From: an uncultured Solirubrobacteraceae bacterium
Lineage (GTDB): Bacteria; Actinomycetota; Thermoleophilia; Solirubrobacterales; Solirubrobacteraceae
Assembly (NCBI GenBank): GCA_963802105.1
Contig: CAWDHJ010000002.1
Location: forward strand, 1,309,503 to 1,373,502
DNA: 64,000 nt
Direction of reading: 5' to 3'
Shown here: positions 48,342-56,442 of the stretch, piece by piece
Layout: every line of letters begins with the position of its first letter
How positions within the stretch are numbered: the stretch's first letter is position 1
Made by a program: the position numbers and the translations under genes
The notes under the pieces: generated by a model
Told to the model about the DNA's origin: nothing
The model's database searches: none
Seen by the model: the letters and a program-made list of their open reading frames with translations, nothing else

Positions 48342-49876
48342 GGCGAGGGCGAGGCCTTGTCGAGGCCGACGATCACGACGACCGGCGCCGAGTTCGCCAT
48401 CGATGCGACCGTGCCTTCGATCGGCTGCGCCTGCGAGACGCCGAGCGCGTGCGCGACGCTCTCCGCTTCGGAGGAGTGCCCGCTCGCGTACTCGACGACC
48501 GTCGCCTGGTTCGAGCCCGGCGGCGTGCCGCCGAGCGGCGTCGCCTTCGTGAAGCCCTGCGTGCGCAGTTCGGCCGAGACGCGGTGCGCGAGCCCCGTCG
48601 TGCTCGTCCCGTTCAGCACCGCGACTTCCGTGTTCGCCGCGCTCGCGCTCGCCACGGCGTGCGACGAGCGGCCTTTCGAGCTGCTCGCGTGGTGCTTCGC
48701 AGACGCTTTCGTCGAAGCTTCCGCGCCGCTCGCGCCCGTCGATGCGCCGCTCCCCTTCGAGCCGCCTCCGAGCGACAGCACGAGCACGACGACGATCGCG
48801 ATCACCGCGATCAGCCCGCCGACGATCAGCAGCGTCGCGCGCGCCGGCGAGCTTCGCTCGGCGCGATAGCGGCGGATCGGCGGTGCGCCCTCGCCGCCGC
48901 GGCGTGCGCCCGCCGTACCTGTGCGCGAAGCGCTCGGCGCCGCGCTCGTGCGAGGCGGCTCGGCGACGGCCCTGCTCGCGACCGCGCCCGCCGCGGCCGC
49001 CTGCGCCACGCGTGGCGCGCTCGCTGGAGCGCTCGCCGGAGCGCTCGCCGGAGCCGGAGGAGCGGCCGGACGCGGTGGGCTCGGCGAGCGCGGAGCCGCC
49101 GTCTTCGCCGCCGTAGCCGCCGCGACCGTCGCCGGCGCCAACGTGCGCGGCTCGGCCGCCGCGGCCGGCGCAGCCGTCGCGGGCTGAGGCGAGCGCGCCG
49201 GCGGCGCCGGCGGAGCGCCGAGCGGCGCCGGCTCGGCCGGCGACGTCGCCGCCGGCGCCCCCGTCGAGCCTTCGCTAGTCGACGTCCCCGGCGCGGCTCC
49301 CGGCGCGACCGGCGGGCTTTGCGGATCGGCCGCCGTCGCGGCGTCGGCCGACGGCGCGGCGCCCACCGGCGCGGCGCTCTGCGCGGCGGCGCTCGCCGCG
49401 GCCGTCACCGGGACCGTTCCCGGCGCCGGCTGCGACGGCGCCGGGCTCGCCGGCGAAGCGCCGGGTGCCTGCTCGGGCGCCGGCTGGCCCGCGACAGGCG
49501 CCGCCGGCGAAGTCACGGCCGCGTTCGCCGGCGGCGTCGCGGCGCTCGGCGTCGGCGCGCCGACGGCCGTCGCCGGACCGGCGGCGCCGACCGGCCGCGC
49601 GTTGAGCGGCGTCGCGCGCGGAACCGGCCGCGCGGCCGGCGCGGCCGCCGGCGGCTGCTGGACGCGCGCGGCCGCCGCCGCGCTGACGCGCTGCTCGGTT
49701 TCAGCCGCGCGCTCGGGCGCGCGCCCGGCCCACTCGCGCAGGCGGCGCAGCTCGCGCGCCTGCGAGAAGACGAGCAGCGAGAGCACCGCGATCCCGAGCA
49801 GCGCGACGAAAGCGGCGATCGCGCCGACCTGGGTGAGCGAGCTCGAGAGCGAGAGCGCGAGCGGCGTCGAGATCAT
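48338..49876 (-). CDS. Two-TM protein with long Pro/Ala linker and LytR C-terminal domain
   Basis: VAVLNGTSTTGLA...VVVIVGLD; ATGA overlap with upstream gene; no LCP catalytic domain seen. Confidence 0.82.
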   Translation of the reverse strand: MISTPLALSLSSSLTQVGAIAAFVALLGIAVLSLLVFSQARELRRLREWAGRAPERAAETEQRVSAAAAARVQQPPAAAPAARPVPRATPLNARPVGAAGPATAVGAPTPSAATPPANAAVTSPAAPVAGQPAPEQAPGASPASPAPSQPAPGTVPVTAAASAAAQSAAPVGAAPSADAATAADPQSPPVAPGAAPGTSTSEGSTGAPAATSPAEPAPLGAPPAPPARSPQPATAAPAAAAEPRTLAPATVAAATAAKTAAPRSPSPPRPAAPPAPASAPASAPASAPRVAQAAAAGAVASRAVAEPPRTSAAPSASRTGTAGARRGGEGAPPIRRYRAERSSPARATLLIVGGLIAVIAIVVVLVLSLGGGSKGSGASTGASGAEASTKASAKHHASSSKGRSSHAVASASAANTEVAVLNGTSTTGLAHRVSAELRTQGFTKATPLGGTPPGSNQATVVEYASGHSSEAESVAHALGVSQAQPIEGTVASMANSAPVVVIVGLDKASPSP

Positions 49877-51927
49877 GAATCCGGAGAGTGTATGAGGGCC
49901 GCAGGCGCATCGCGCACGTCCTCGCGCGGCGCCGCGGCGGCGCGCGAGGACGTCACAGCCGAACCCGCGCGAGCGCCGACGTGAAGCGCCGAGAGCTCGG
50001 CGACCTTCGCCGCGAGCCCCGCCGCGTCCCCCTCGAGCACGAGCAGCCCGATCTCCGCGAACATCGACTCGACGGCCTCGGCGCCGAGCGGCTCGCGCTC
50101 GGCGAGCAGGATCTTCTCGGCGCTCGTCGGGCGGCTGCGCTCGTAGCTGTTGAACAGCTCCTCGTGCAGCTTCTCGCCCGGCCGGCTGCCGACGACCTCG
50201 ATCTCGATGTCGCGCTCCGGGTCGAGGCCCGACAGCTCGATCATCGCGCGCGCAAGATCGATGATCTTCACCGGCTCGCCCATGTCGAGCACGAACACCT
50301 CGGCGCCCGTGCGCGGCGCGGCGCCGTTCGTCGACGGATCGCCGCTCTGCTCGCGCCGCTCGCACGCGAGCGCGCCGCTGCGGATGATCAGCTGCACGGC
50401 CTCCGGGATCGTCATGAAGTAGCGCGTCATCCGCTCGTCGGTCACCGTCAGCGGGCCGCCGCGCTCGATCTGGCGACGGAAGATCGGCACGACGCTGCCC
50501 GACGAGCCAAGCACGTTGCCGAAGCGCACGGCCGCGTAGCGCGTCGCCGGAAAGCGCGCCGTCGCCGCCTCGAGCGCGAACTCGGCGAGCGCCTTCGACG
50601 CGCCCATCACCGTCGCCGGCGCGACCGCCTTGTCGGTCGACACGAGCACGAAGCGCTCGGCGCCAAGCTCGCCCGCGACGTGCGCGACGACGCGCGTCGC
50701 GATCGAGTTGTTGCGCACCGCCTCGATCGGGTTCGCCTCCATCAGCCCGACGTGCTTGTACGCGGCCGCGTGGAAGACGACCGTCGGGCGATGCTCGCTG
50801 AAGATTTCGCGCATGCGCTCCTCCTCCTTGCAGTCGGCGAGCACCGCCGAGAGCATCGAAGGCGCGACGTGGCGCTCGTCCTGCAGCTCGCGTTCGATCG
50901 CGAACAGGTTGTCCTCGGCGTGGTCGAGCAGCACGATCCGGTGCGGCTCGACGCGCGCGATCTGCCGGCACAGCTCGGCGCCGATCGAGCCGCCGGCGCC
51001 CGTCACGAGCACCGTCTCGCCCGCGAGGTACGCGCCGACGCGGTCGAGCTCCATCTGCACCGGCTCGCGCCCGAGCACGTCCTCGACGCGCACCTCGCGC
51101 ATCTGCCGCGCGAGCGCGCCGCGCGTCTGCAGCAGCTCGAAGACGGTCGGCAGCGTGCGCACGGGGATCCCGCGCGCACGGCACTCGCGCGCGATCCGCG
51201 CGCGCGTCGAGCCCGGCGCCGACGGGATCGCGATGATCACTTCGTCCGGCTCGGCGTCGTCGAGGATCCGCGGCAGGTCGCCTTCGGTGTTGCCGCGCAC
51301 GCGCACGCCGTCGATCCGCAGGCGCCGCTTGCTCGGATCGTCGTCGACGAAGCCGACCGGCGTCAGCCCGAGGCCGCGGTTGCGCACGATCTCGCGCAGC
51401 ACCAGCCGCCCGCCGTCGCCGGCGCCGGCGATCAGCACGCTGCGCTGGTCCTTGCGCCCGCCGCGAAACGCGGCCAGCGGCCGGCGCTCGTAGACCGAGC
51501 GCACGATCGCGCGCACGCCGACGAGCAGCACGAGCGCGATCAGCGCGAACAGGATGATCACGCCGTTCGGCAGCGCGACGGCCGTCGTGCTGCGGTAGTG
51601 GTGCACCGGCCGCAGCACCTCGATCGCGACGACCGCGAGCAGCACGATCGCGAGCACCGCGCGCGCGACCGCCTCGTAGTCGCGCTGGCCCGAGTAGCGC
51701 CAGCGGCGCTGGTAGACGCGCGCGAGCACGAGCACCGGCATGCTGCCGATCAGCACCCACCAGATCGTGCGTTCGCGCAGCACCGAGTAGTAGCCGGTCG
51801 GCCCATGCTCGAAGCGCAGCTGAAACGCGAGGTAGTACGCGAGCGCGACCAGCGCCGCGTCGACCGCGAGCTGGACCCACGCGTGACGATGCAGCGGGAA
51901 GGCCGCGGAGCGGATCCGTCGGCGCAT
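49873..51927 (-). CDS. PglF/CapD/WbpM-type membrane UDP-sugar 4,6-dehydratase
   Basis: 4 TMs, IAGAGDGG, VTGAGGSIG, HAAAYKHV, STDKAV, MGASK, RFGNVLGSSGSV, RPGEKLHE. Confidence 0.93.
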   Translation of the reverse strand: MRRRIRSAAFPLHRHAWVQLAVDAALVALAYYLAFQLRFEHGPTGYYSVLRERTIWWVLIGSMPVLVLARVYQRRWRYSGQRDYEAVARAVLAIVLLAVVAIEVLRPVHHYRSTTAVALPNGVIILFALIALVLLVGVRAIVRSVYERRPLAAFRGGRKDQRSVLIAGAGDGGRLVLREIVRNRGLGLTPVGFVDDDPSKRRLRIDGVRVRGNTEGDLPRILDDAEPDEVIIAIPSAPGSTRARIARECRARGIPVRTLPTVFELLQTRGALARQMREVRVEDVLGREPVQMELDRVGAYLAGETVLVTGAGGSIGAELCRQIARVEPHRIVLLDHAEDNLFAIERELQDERHVAPSMLSAVLADCKEEERMREIFSEHRPTVVFHAAAYKHVGLMEANPIEAVRNNSIATRVVAHVAGELGAERFVLVSTDKAVAPATVMGASKALAEFALEAATARFPATRYAAVRFGNVLGSSGSVVPIFRRQIERGGPLTVTDERMTRYFMTIPEAVQLIIRSGALACERREQSGDPSTNGAAPRTGAEVFVLDMGEPVKIIDLARAMIELSGLDPERDIEIEVVGSRPGEKLHEELFNSYERSRPTSAEKILLAEREPLGAEAVESMFAEIGLLVLEGDAAGLAAKVAELSALHVGARAGSAVTSSRAAAAPREDVRDAPAALIHSPDS

Positions 51928-51948
51928 TGCACGGATTGTAAGCGCGCG

Positions 51949-52986
51949 TCAGCGCGTGAGCGGCGACAGCAGCAGCCGCACGAGCTCGCGCGCGTCGCGG
52001 CGAATCCGCTGCGAGCCCGCGCCGTCGGCGCGCTTGCCGAGCTCCAGGCGCTCGGGATCCTCGAGACGGCGCATGCGCCCTTCGCCGATCAACCGCTCGT
52101 CGACGGCGCCCGGGCGCCCCTCGAACGTCGTGTACACCGGCACGCCGAGCGCGACCGCCTCGCGGTTCATCGTCCCACCGGCCGAGATCACGAGGTCCGC
52201 GTGCGCGATCAGCGATTGCGCGTCGATCGCGCGCTCGGGCACGACGAACCCCGGCACGCCGGCGAGCTCCGCACGCTGCGAGGCCACGCGCGGCAGCACG
52301 ACCGGCTGCACGCCGCGCTCCGCCGCCGCCGCGCGCAGGACGTCGAGCACGCCCGCGAACAGGTCGTTCTCGAAGCGGTGGTACAGCGAGACCTCTGGCG
52401 GCGTGCGCACGACGACGATCGGTCGCGCGCGATCGAGCGAGAGCTCCTCGAGCACCGCCGCGTGCGGCTCGAAGTCCGCCAGGTAGTACTCCTCCTTGAG
52501 GCCCACGTACGCGCGGATCTTGCCCTTCGCGCCGTATCGGTAGAGGCGCTCCGGCGGAATCGCGTCGGGCACGACGACCGCGCGCGCGAGGCGGCAGTTG
52601 ACGTTGTGCTGCACCGTCGCCCACTCGTAGTCGAACATCGTCGAGCTCGGTATGCGAAGCAGCGCCGCCGCGACCGAGACGTCGTTCGACCCGTGCCCGA
52701 GCGCGACGTCGAAGCCGCGCCCGACGTGCGCGCGCGCGTCGGCGCGCGCCCAGCGAACGAGCGCCGTCGAGCGCGACGCGAGGCCGACCGCCTTCGCGCC
52801 GAGCCGCTCGCCGCGGTGATGGCCGATCGCCTCGTGCTCGATCCCCAGCCGCTCGCACAGCGCGAGCGTCTGCGCGAAGTCGCGCGCCGTCACGCGAACC
52901 TCGTGCCCGTCCGCCCGCAGCAGCTCGATCACCGGCCGCATCACCAGCACGTGCGGGCTGTTCGTCAGGTCGATCCAAACGCGCAT
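51949..52986 (-). CDS. DUF354 family protein (predicted GT-B fold)
   Basis: MRVWIDLTNSPHV, DYE, GLKE, GGTMNREA. Confidence 0.85.
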   Translation of the reverse strand: MRVWIDLTNSPHVLVMRPVIELLRADGHEVRVTARDFAQTLALCERLGIEHEAIGHHRGERLGAKAVGLASRSTALVRWARADARAHVGRGFDVALGHGSNDVSVAAALLRIPSSTMFDYEWATVQHNVNCRLARAVVVPDAIPPERLYRYGAKGKIRAYVGLKEEYYLADFEPHAAVLEELSLDRARPIVVVRTPPEVSLYHRFENDLFAGVLDVLRAAAAERGVQPVVLPRVASQRAELAGVPGFVVPERAIDAQSLIAHADLVISAGGTMNREAVALGVPVYTTFEGRPGAVDERLIGEGRMRRLEDPERLELGKRADGAGSQRIRRDARELVRLLLSPLTR

Positions 52987-53070
52987 CGCGGCAACGGTAT
53001 TGCCCAAGTGCGGGCTGCGCCGACAGGCCGGCCCGACCCAGCCCTTCGGGCTGTGTGCCCGCCGGCGAAC

Positions 53071-53154
53071 GTGACTGCCGTGGCGGCCGGAGCGGTCACA
53101 AGTTGAATCGAGAAGCGGAGGCCGGCTCGGCCAGAAGGCAGGATGCCGGTCACA
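53071..53154 (+). repeat. Structured intergenic repeat, copy 1
   Basis: GTGACTGCCGTGGCGGCCGGAGCG...AGGCCGGCTCGGCCAGAAGGCAGGATGCCGGTCACA. Confidence 0.88.
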
Positions 53155-53230
53155 CGGCCCGAGCCCCGACCCGTGAGAAGCCTCTCACCCGCGTCGTCGC
53201 CGCAAGCCTCCCCGGTATCGTGCGCGGGCG

Positions 53231-53932
53231 ATGCTGCTCGTCCTCGCCTCGATCTCCGAATCGATCGTCAACGAAACGGCGCACCTCGTCCGCACCGGCG
53301 GGCTGCCGATGATCTTCGTGCTGATGGCGCTCGGCTCGGCGTGCATCCCGATCCCATCCGAGGTCGTGATGCTGTTCGCCGGCTTCGCCGTCGCCGACAA
53401 GGCCGGCAGCGGCGCGCACCACCACCTGACGATGCTCGGCGTCGTGCTCGCCGGGCTGCTCGGCTCGATCGTCGGCTCGTGGGTCGCCTACGCCGTCGGG
53501 CGCGGCGGGCGCCTGGAGCTGTTCGAACGCCACGGCGACAAGGTCCACATGGGCCCGGCGCAGATCCAGCGAGCCGACCGCTGGTTCCGGCGCCACGGCG
53601 AGCCGATCGTGCTGTTCGGCCGGCTGATCCCGCTGCTGCGCGCGTTCGTCTCGCTGCCGGCCGGAATCGCGAGGATGCCGCTGCTGCGCTTCACCGTGCT
53701 GACGCTGATCGGCTCGATCCCATGGGTCCTCGGCCTCGCGCTCGCCGGCCACGCGCTCGGCAGCGAATGGACGAGCGTGCGCAAAGCCTTCGAGTACGTC
53801 GACTACGTCGTCGTCGCGCTCGTCGTCGTCGGCGTCGTCTACCTGATCGTCCGGCGCCGGCGGCGCGGAGAGCCGCCGGTCGAGCCCGCCGACGGCGCGG
53901 CAGGCGTCGGCGCGGCCTCCGACGCCGGCTGA
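53231..53932 (+). CDS. DedA family membrane protein
   Basis: IPIPSEVVM, FGRLIPLLRAFVSLPAG. Confidence 0.92.
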   Translation: MLLVLASISESIVNETAHLVRTGGLPMIFVLMALGSACIPIPSEVVMLFAGFAVADKAGSGAHHHLTMLGVVLAGLLGSIVGSWVAYAVGRGGRLELFERHGDKVHMGPAQIQRADRWFRRHGEPIVLFGRLIPLLRAFVSLPAGIARMPLLRFTVLTLIGSIPWVLGLALAGHALGSEWTSVRKAFEYVDYVVVALVVVGVVYLIVRRRRRGEPPVEPADGAAGVGAASDAG

Positions 53933-53942
53933 CGGCGCCGCC

Positions 53943-54775
53943 ATGGCCCTCCGCGCGCCCGCTCGGCTGCGGCCTCGCCACGCGCTCGCGCTCGCGCTCG
54001 CGCAGGGACCGACCGAGCTGCTGCCGGTCTCCTCCTCCGCGCACACGACGCTGATCCCGCTGCTGCTCGGCTGGCCGTACGGCGAGCTCGACGCCGAGCT
54101 GCGCAAGTCCTTCGAGCTCGCGCTGCACGCCGGCGCCGGCGCCGCGCTCGCGCTCGACATGCGCCGCGAGCTGATCGACGCCGCGCGCGAGATCGATGCC
54201 CGGCGCGTCGGCGTCATCGCGCTGTCGCTCGCGCCCGCCGCGCTCGTCGGGCTCGTGCTGCGGCCGCTCATCGAGCGCCGCCTCGGCGGCCTGCGCTCGA
54301 TCGCCGCCGGCCTGCTCCTCGGCGCGCTCGCGATGGGCGCCGCCGACACCGCCGCCGCCGATGCCGCGCGCTCGCAGGACGACGCGCGTGCGCTCGACGG
54401 GCTCGCGCTCGGCGTCGCGCAGGCCGTCGCGCTCGTGCCCGGCGTCTCGCGCTACGGCGCGACGCTGACCGCCGCGCGCGCCCGCGGCTTCGCGCGCGGC
54501 GACGCGCAAGCGCTCTCCTGGCACGCCGCGCTGCCCGTCATGCTCGGCGCGAGCGCGTTCGAGGGAGTGCGACTCGCGCGCCGCGGCGCGCCCGGGGGAC
54601 GCTCGCGCCGCTCGCGCTCGGCGCCGCCGGCGCGTTCGTCTCGACGTCGCTCAGCGCGCGGCTGCTGCGCCGCCCGGCGCGCGCGCTGCGCTCGCTGCTC
54701 CCGTTCGCCGTCTACCGCGCGCTGCTCGCCGCCGTGCTGCTGGCGCGATCGCGACGGACGATGCGCGCACAATAG
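53943..54775 (+). CDS. uppP: Undecaprenyl-diphosphatase with apparent frameshift in G5 run 54594-54598
   Basis: QGPTELLPVSSSAH, AQAVALVPGVSR; hydrophobic C-terminus FAVYRALLA lies in the shifted frame ending TAG 54775. Confidence 0.82.
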
Positions 54776-54781
54776 GAGCCG

Positions 54782-56317
54782 ATGACCGTCCTCGGGACAC
54801 TGCTCGGCGGGCGCTACCGGCTCGATGCGCAGATCGGCCGCGGCGGCATGTCGACCGTCTACCGCGCCTTCGACACGACGCTCGAGCGGCCCGTCGCGAT
54901 CAAGCTGATGCACCGCGAGATCGCCTCCGACTCCGATCAGCTCGAGCGCTTCCGTCGCGAGGCGCGCTCCGTCGCGCGCCTCAACCATCCGCACATCGTC
55001 ACCGTCATCGACGCCGGCGAGGAGCCCGCCGAGGACGGCGGCAGCACGCCGTACATCGTGCTCGAGTACGTCGAAGGCGAGACGCTCAAGGAGCTGATCC
55101 GCCGCGAGGGGCCGCTCGACATCCCGCAGGCGATCGCCTACACGATCGAGATCGCGCGCGCGCTCGGGGCAGCGCACGAACGGATGATCGTCCATCGCGA
55201 CGTCAAGCCGCAGAACGTCCTGATCGGCGAGGAAGGCGGCGCGAAGATCACCGATTTCGGCATCGCGCGCACGCTCACCGAGGAAGGCCTCACGGTCGCC
55301 GGACGCGTGCTCGGCACGACCGACTACGTCTCGCCCGAGCAGGCGCTCGGACAGCCGGTGACCGGACAGTCCGACCTCTACTCGCTCGGCATCGTCCTCT
55401 ACGAGATGCTCACCGGCCGCGTCCCGTTCACCGGCTCCTCGCCCGTCGCCGTCGCGATGCGCCACGTGCGCGAGCAGGTGCCCGACGTGCAACTGCTGCG
55501 CGCCGACGTCTCCGCCGCGACCGCCTCCGTCCTCGACCGCGCCGTCGCGAACGACCTCGGCTATCGCTACGCGAACGCCGACGCGATGGTCACCGACCTC
55601 GAGGAGGTGCTCGCGATCGAGGCCGCGCGCGCCGGCCAGGCGACCGGCGAGGCGACGAGCGTCCTGCGCACGCTCCCCGGCAAGGCGCGGCGGCGGCTGC
55701 CGTGGCGGATGCGCCACCCCGCCCGCTGGGTCGCCTCGCTCGCGCTGCTCGCCGCGATCGTCGCGCTCGCGATCGTCGCCGCCACGCAGCTCGCGCACAA
55801 AGGCACCGGAGTCCCGCCCGACGTGCGCTCGAGCCCCGGCCTGCAGGTCGTCCCGCTCGGCCAGACGGCCGCGCACGACTACAACCCGTTCGGCACCGAA
55901 CCCGAAGACCGCGACCGCGTGCAGAACGTCATCGACAGCGACCCGAACACGACGTGGAGCACCGCTCACTACTACGAAGGCACGCTCAAGAAGGCCGGCG
56001 GCACCGGCGTCGGCGTCTACCTCGACGCCTCGCCCGGCGTCGCCGCGCGCGCGATCGAGATCCAGACGCCGACGCCCGGCTTCGACGTGCAGGTCTACGG
56101 CGCCGACAAGGTCAACCTCTCCTACGCCTACGGCAACTCGACACCGCTCACCGAACGTGGCTGGCACGGCCCGCTCGCCGCCGCCGACTCCGTCCGCGAC
56201 CGCCAGCGCGTCACGATCGCCGGCAGCGCCGCCTACCGCTACTACCTCGTCTGGCTCACCACGCTCCCGCCCGGCCAGGAGTCGGCGTCGATCTCCGAAC
56301 TGACCCTGTTCAAGTAA
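54782..56317 (+). CDS. Transmembrane Ser/Thr protein kinase with discoidin-like extracellular domain
   Basis: GRGGMS, VAIK, HRDVKPQN, DFG, SPEQ; TM; IDSDPNTTWST, YRYYLVWLT, ISEL. Confidence 0.93.
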   Translation: MTVLGTLLGGRYRLDAQIGRGGMSTVYRAFDTTLERPVAIKLMHREIASDSDQLERFRREARSVARLNHPHIVTVIDAGEEPAEDGGSTPYIVLEYVEGETLKELIRREGPLDIPQAIAYTIEIARALGAAHERMIVHRDVKPQNVLIGEEGGAKITDFGIARTLTEEGLTVAGRVLGTTDYVSPEQALGQPVTGQSDLYSLGIVLYEMLTGRVPFTGSSPVAVAMRHVREQVPDVQLLRADVSAATASVLDRAVANDLGYRYANADAMVTDLEEVLAIEAARAGQATGEATSVLRTLPGKARRRLPWRMRHPARWVASLALLAAIVALAIVAATQLAHKGTGVPPDVRSSPGLQVVPLGQTAAHDYNPFGTEPEDRDRVQNVIDSDPNTTWSTAHYYEGTLKKAGGTGVGVYLDASPGVAARAIEIQTPTPGFDVQVYGADKVNLSYAYGNSTPLTERGWHGPLAAADSVRDRQRVTIAGSAAYRYYLVWLTTLPPGQESASISELTLFK

Positions 56318-56360
56318 GCCAGCGTGGTCACAGGGTCAGCCGGCCCGGATGGCCGGCCCG

Positions 56361-56436
56361 GTAACGGCCGTGGCGGCCGGAGCGTTCTCAAGATGTGACA
56401 AGGCCGGCTCGGCAAGAAGGCAGGATGCCGGTCACA
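56361..56436 (+). repeat. Structured intergenic repeat, copy 2
   Basis: GTAACGGCCGTGGCGGCCGGAGCG...AGGCCGGCTCGGCAAGAAGGCAGGATGCCGGTCACA. Confidence 0.88.
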
Positions 56437-56442
56437 GAGCGC

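Noticed and set aside
48338-52978. 1546-aa ORF suggesting a giant fusion protein
   Set aside because: Only 48338-49876 is protein-like; the rest is an alternate frame over the dehydratase and DUF354 genes. The same applies to 35892-38129, 38074-39885, 42830-45388 and 56443-59274.
53094-53175. GGTCACA motifs as ECF41/SigJ -35 elements
   Set aside because: No CGTC -10 at the 16-nt spacing; the motif is part of the repeat itself.
53071-56436. CRISPR array or composite transposon
   Set aside because: Only two copies 3.2 kb apart; no spacer array, cas gene or transposase in the window.
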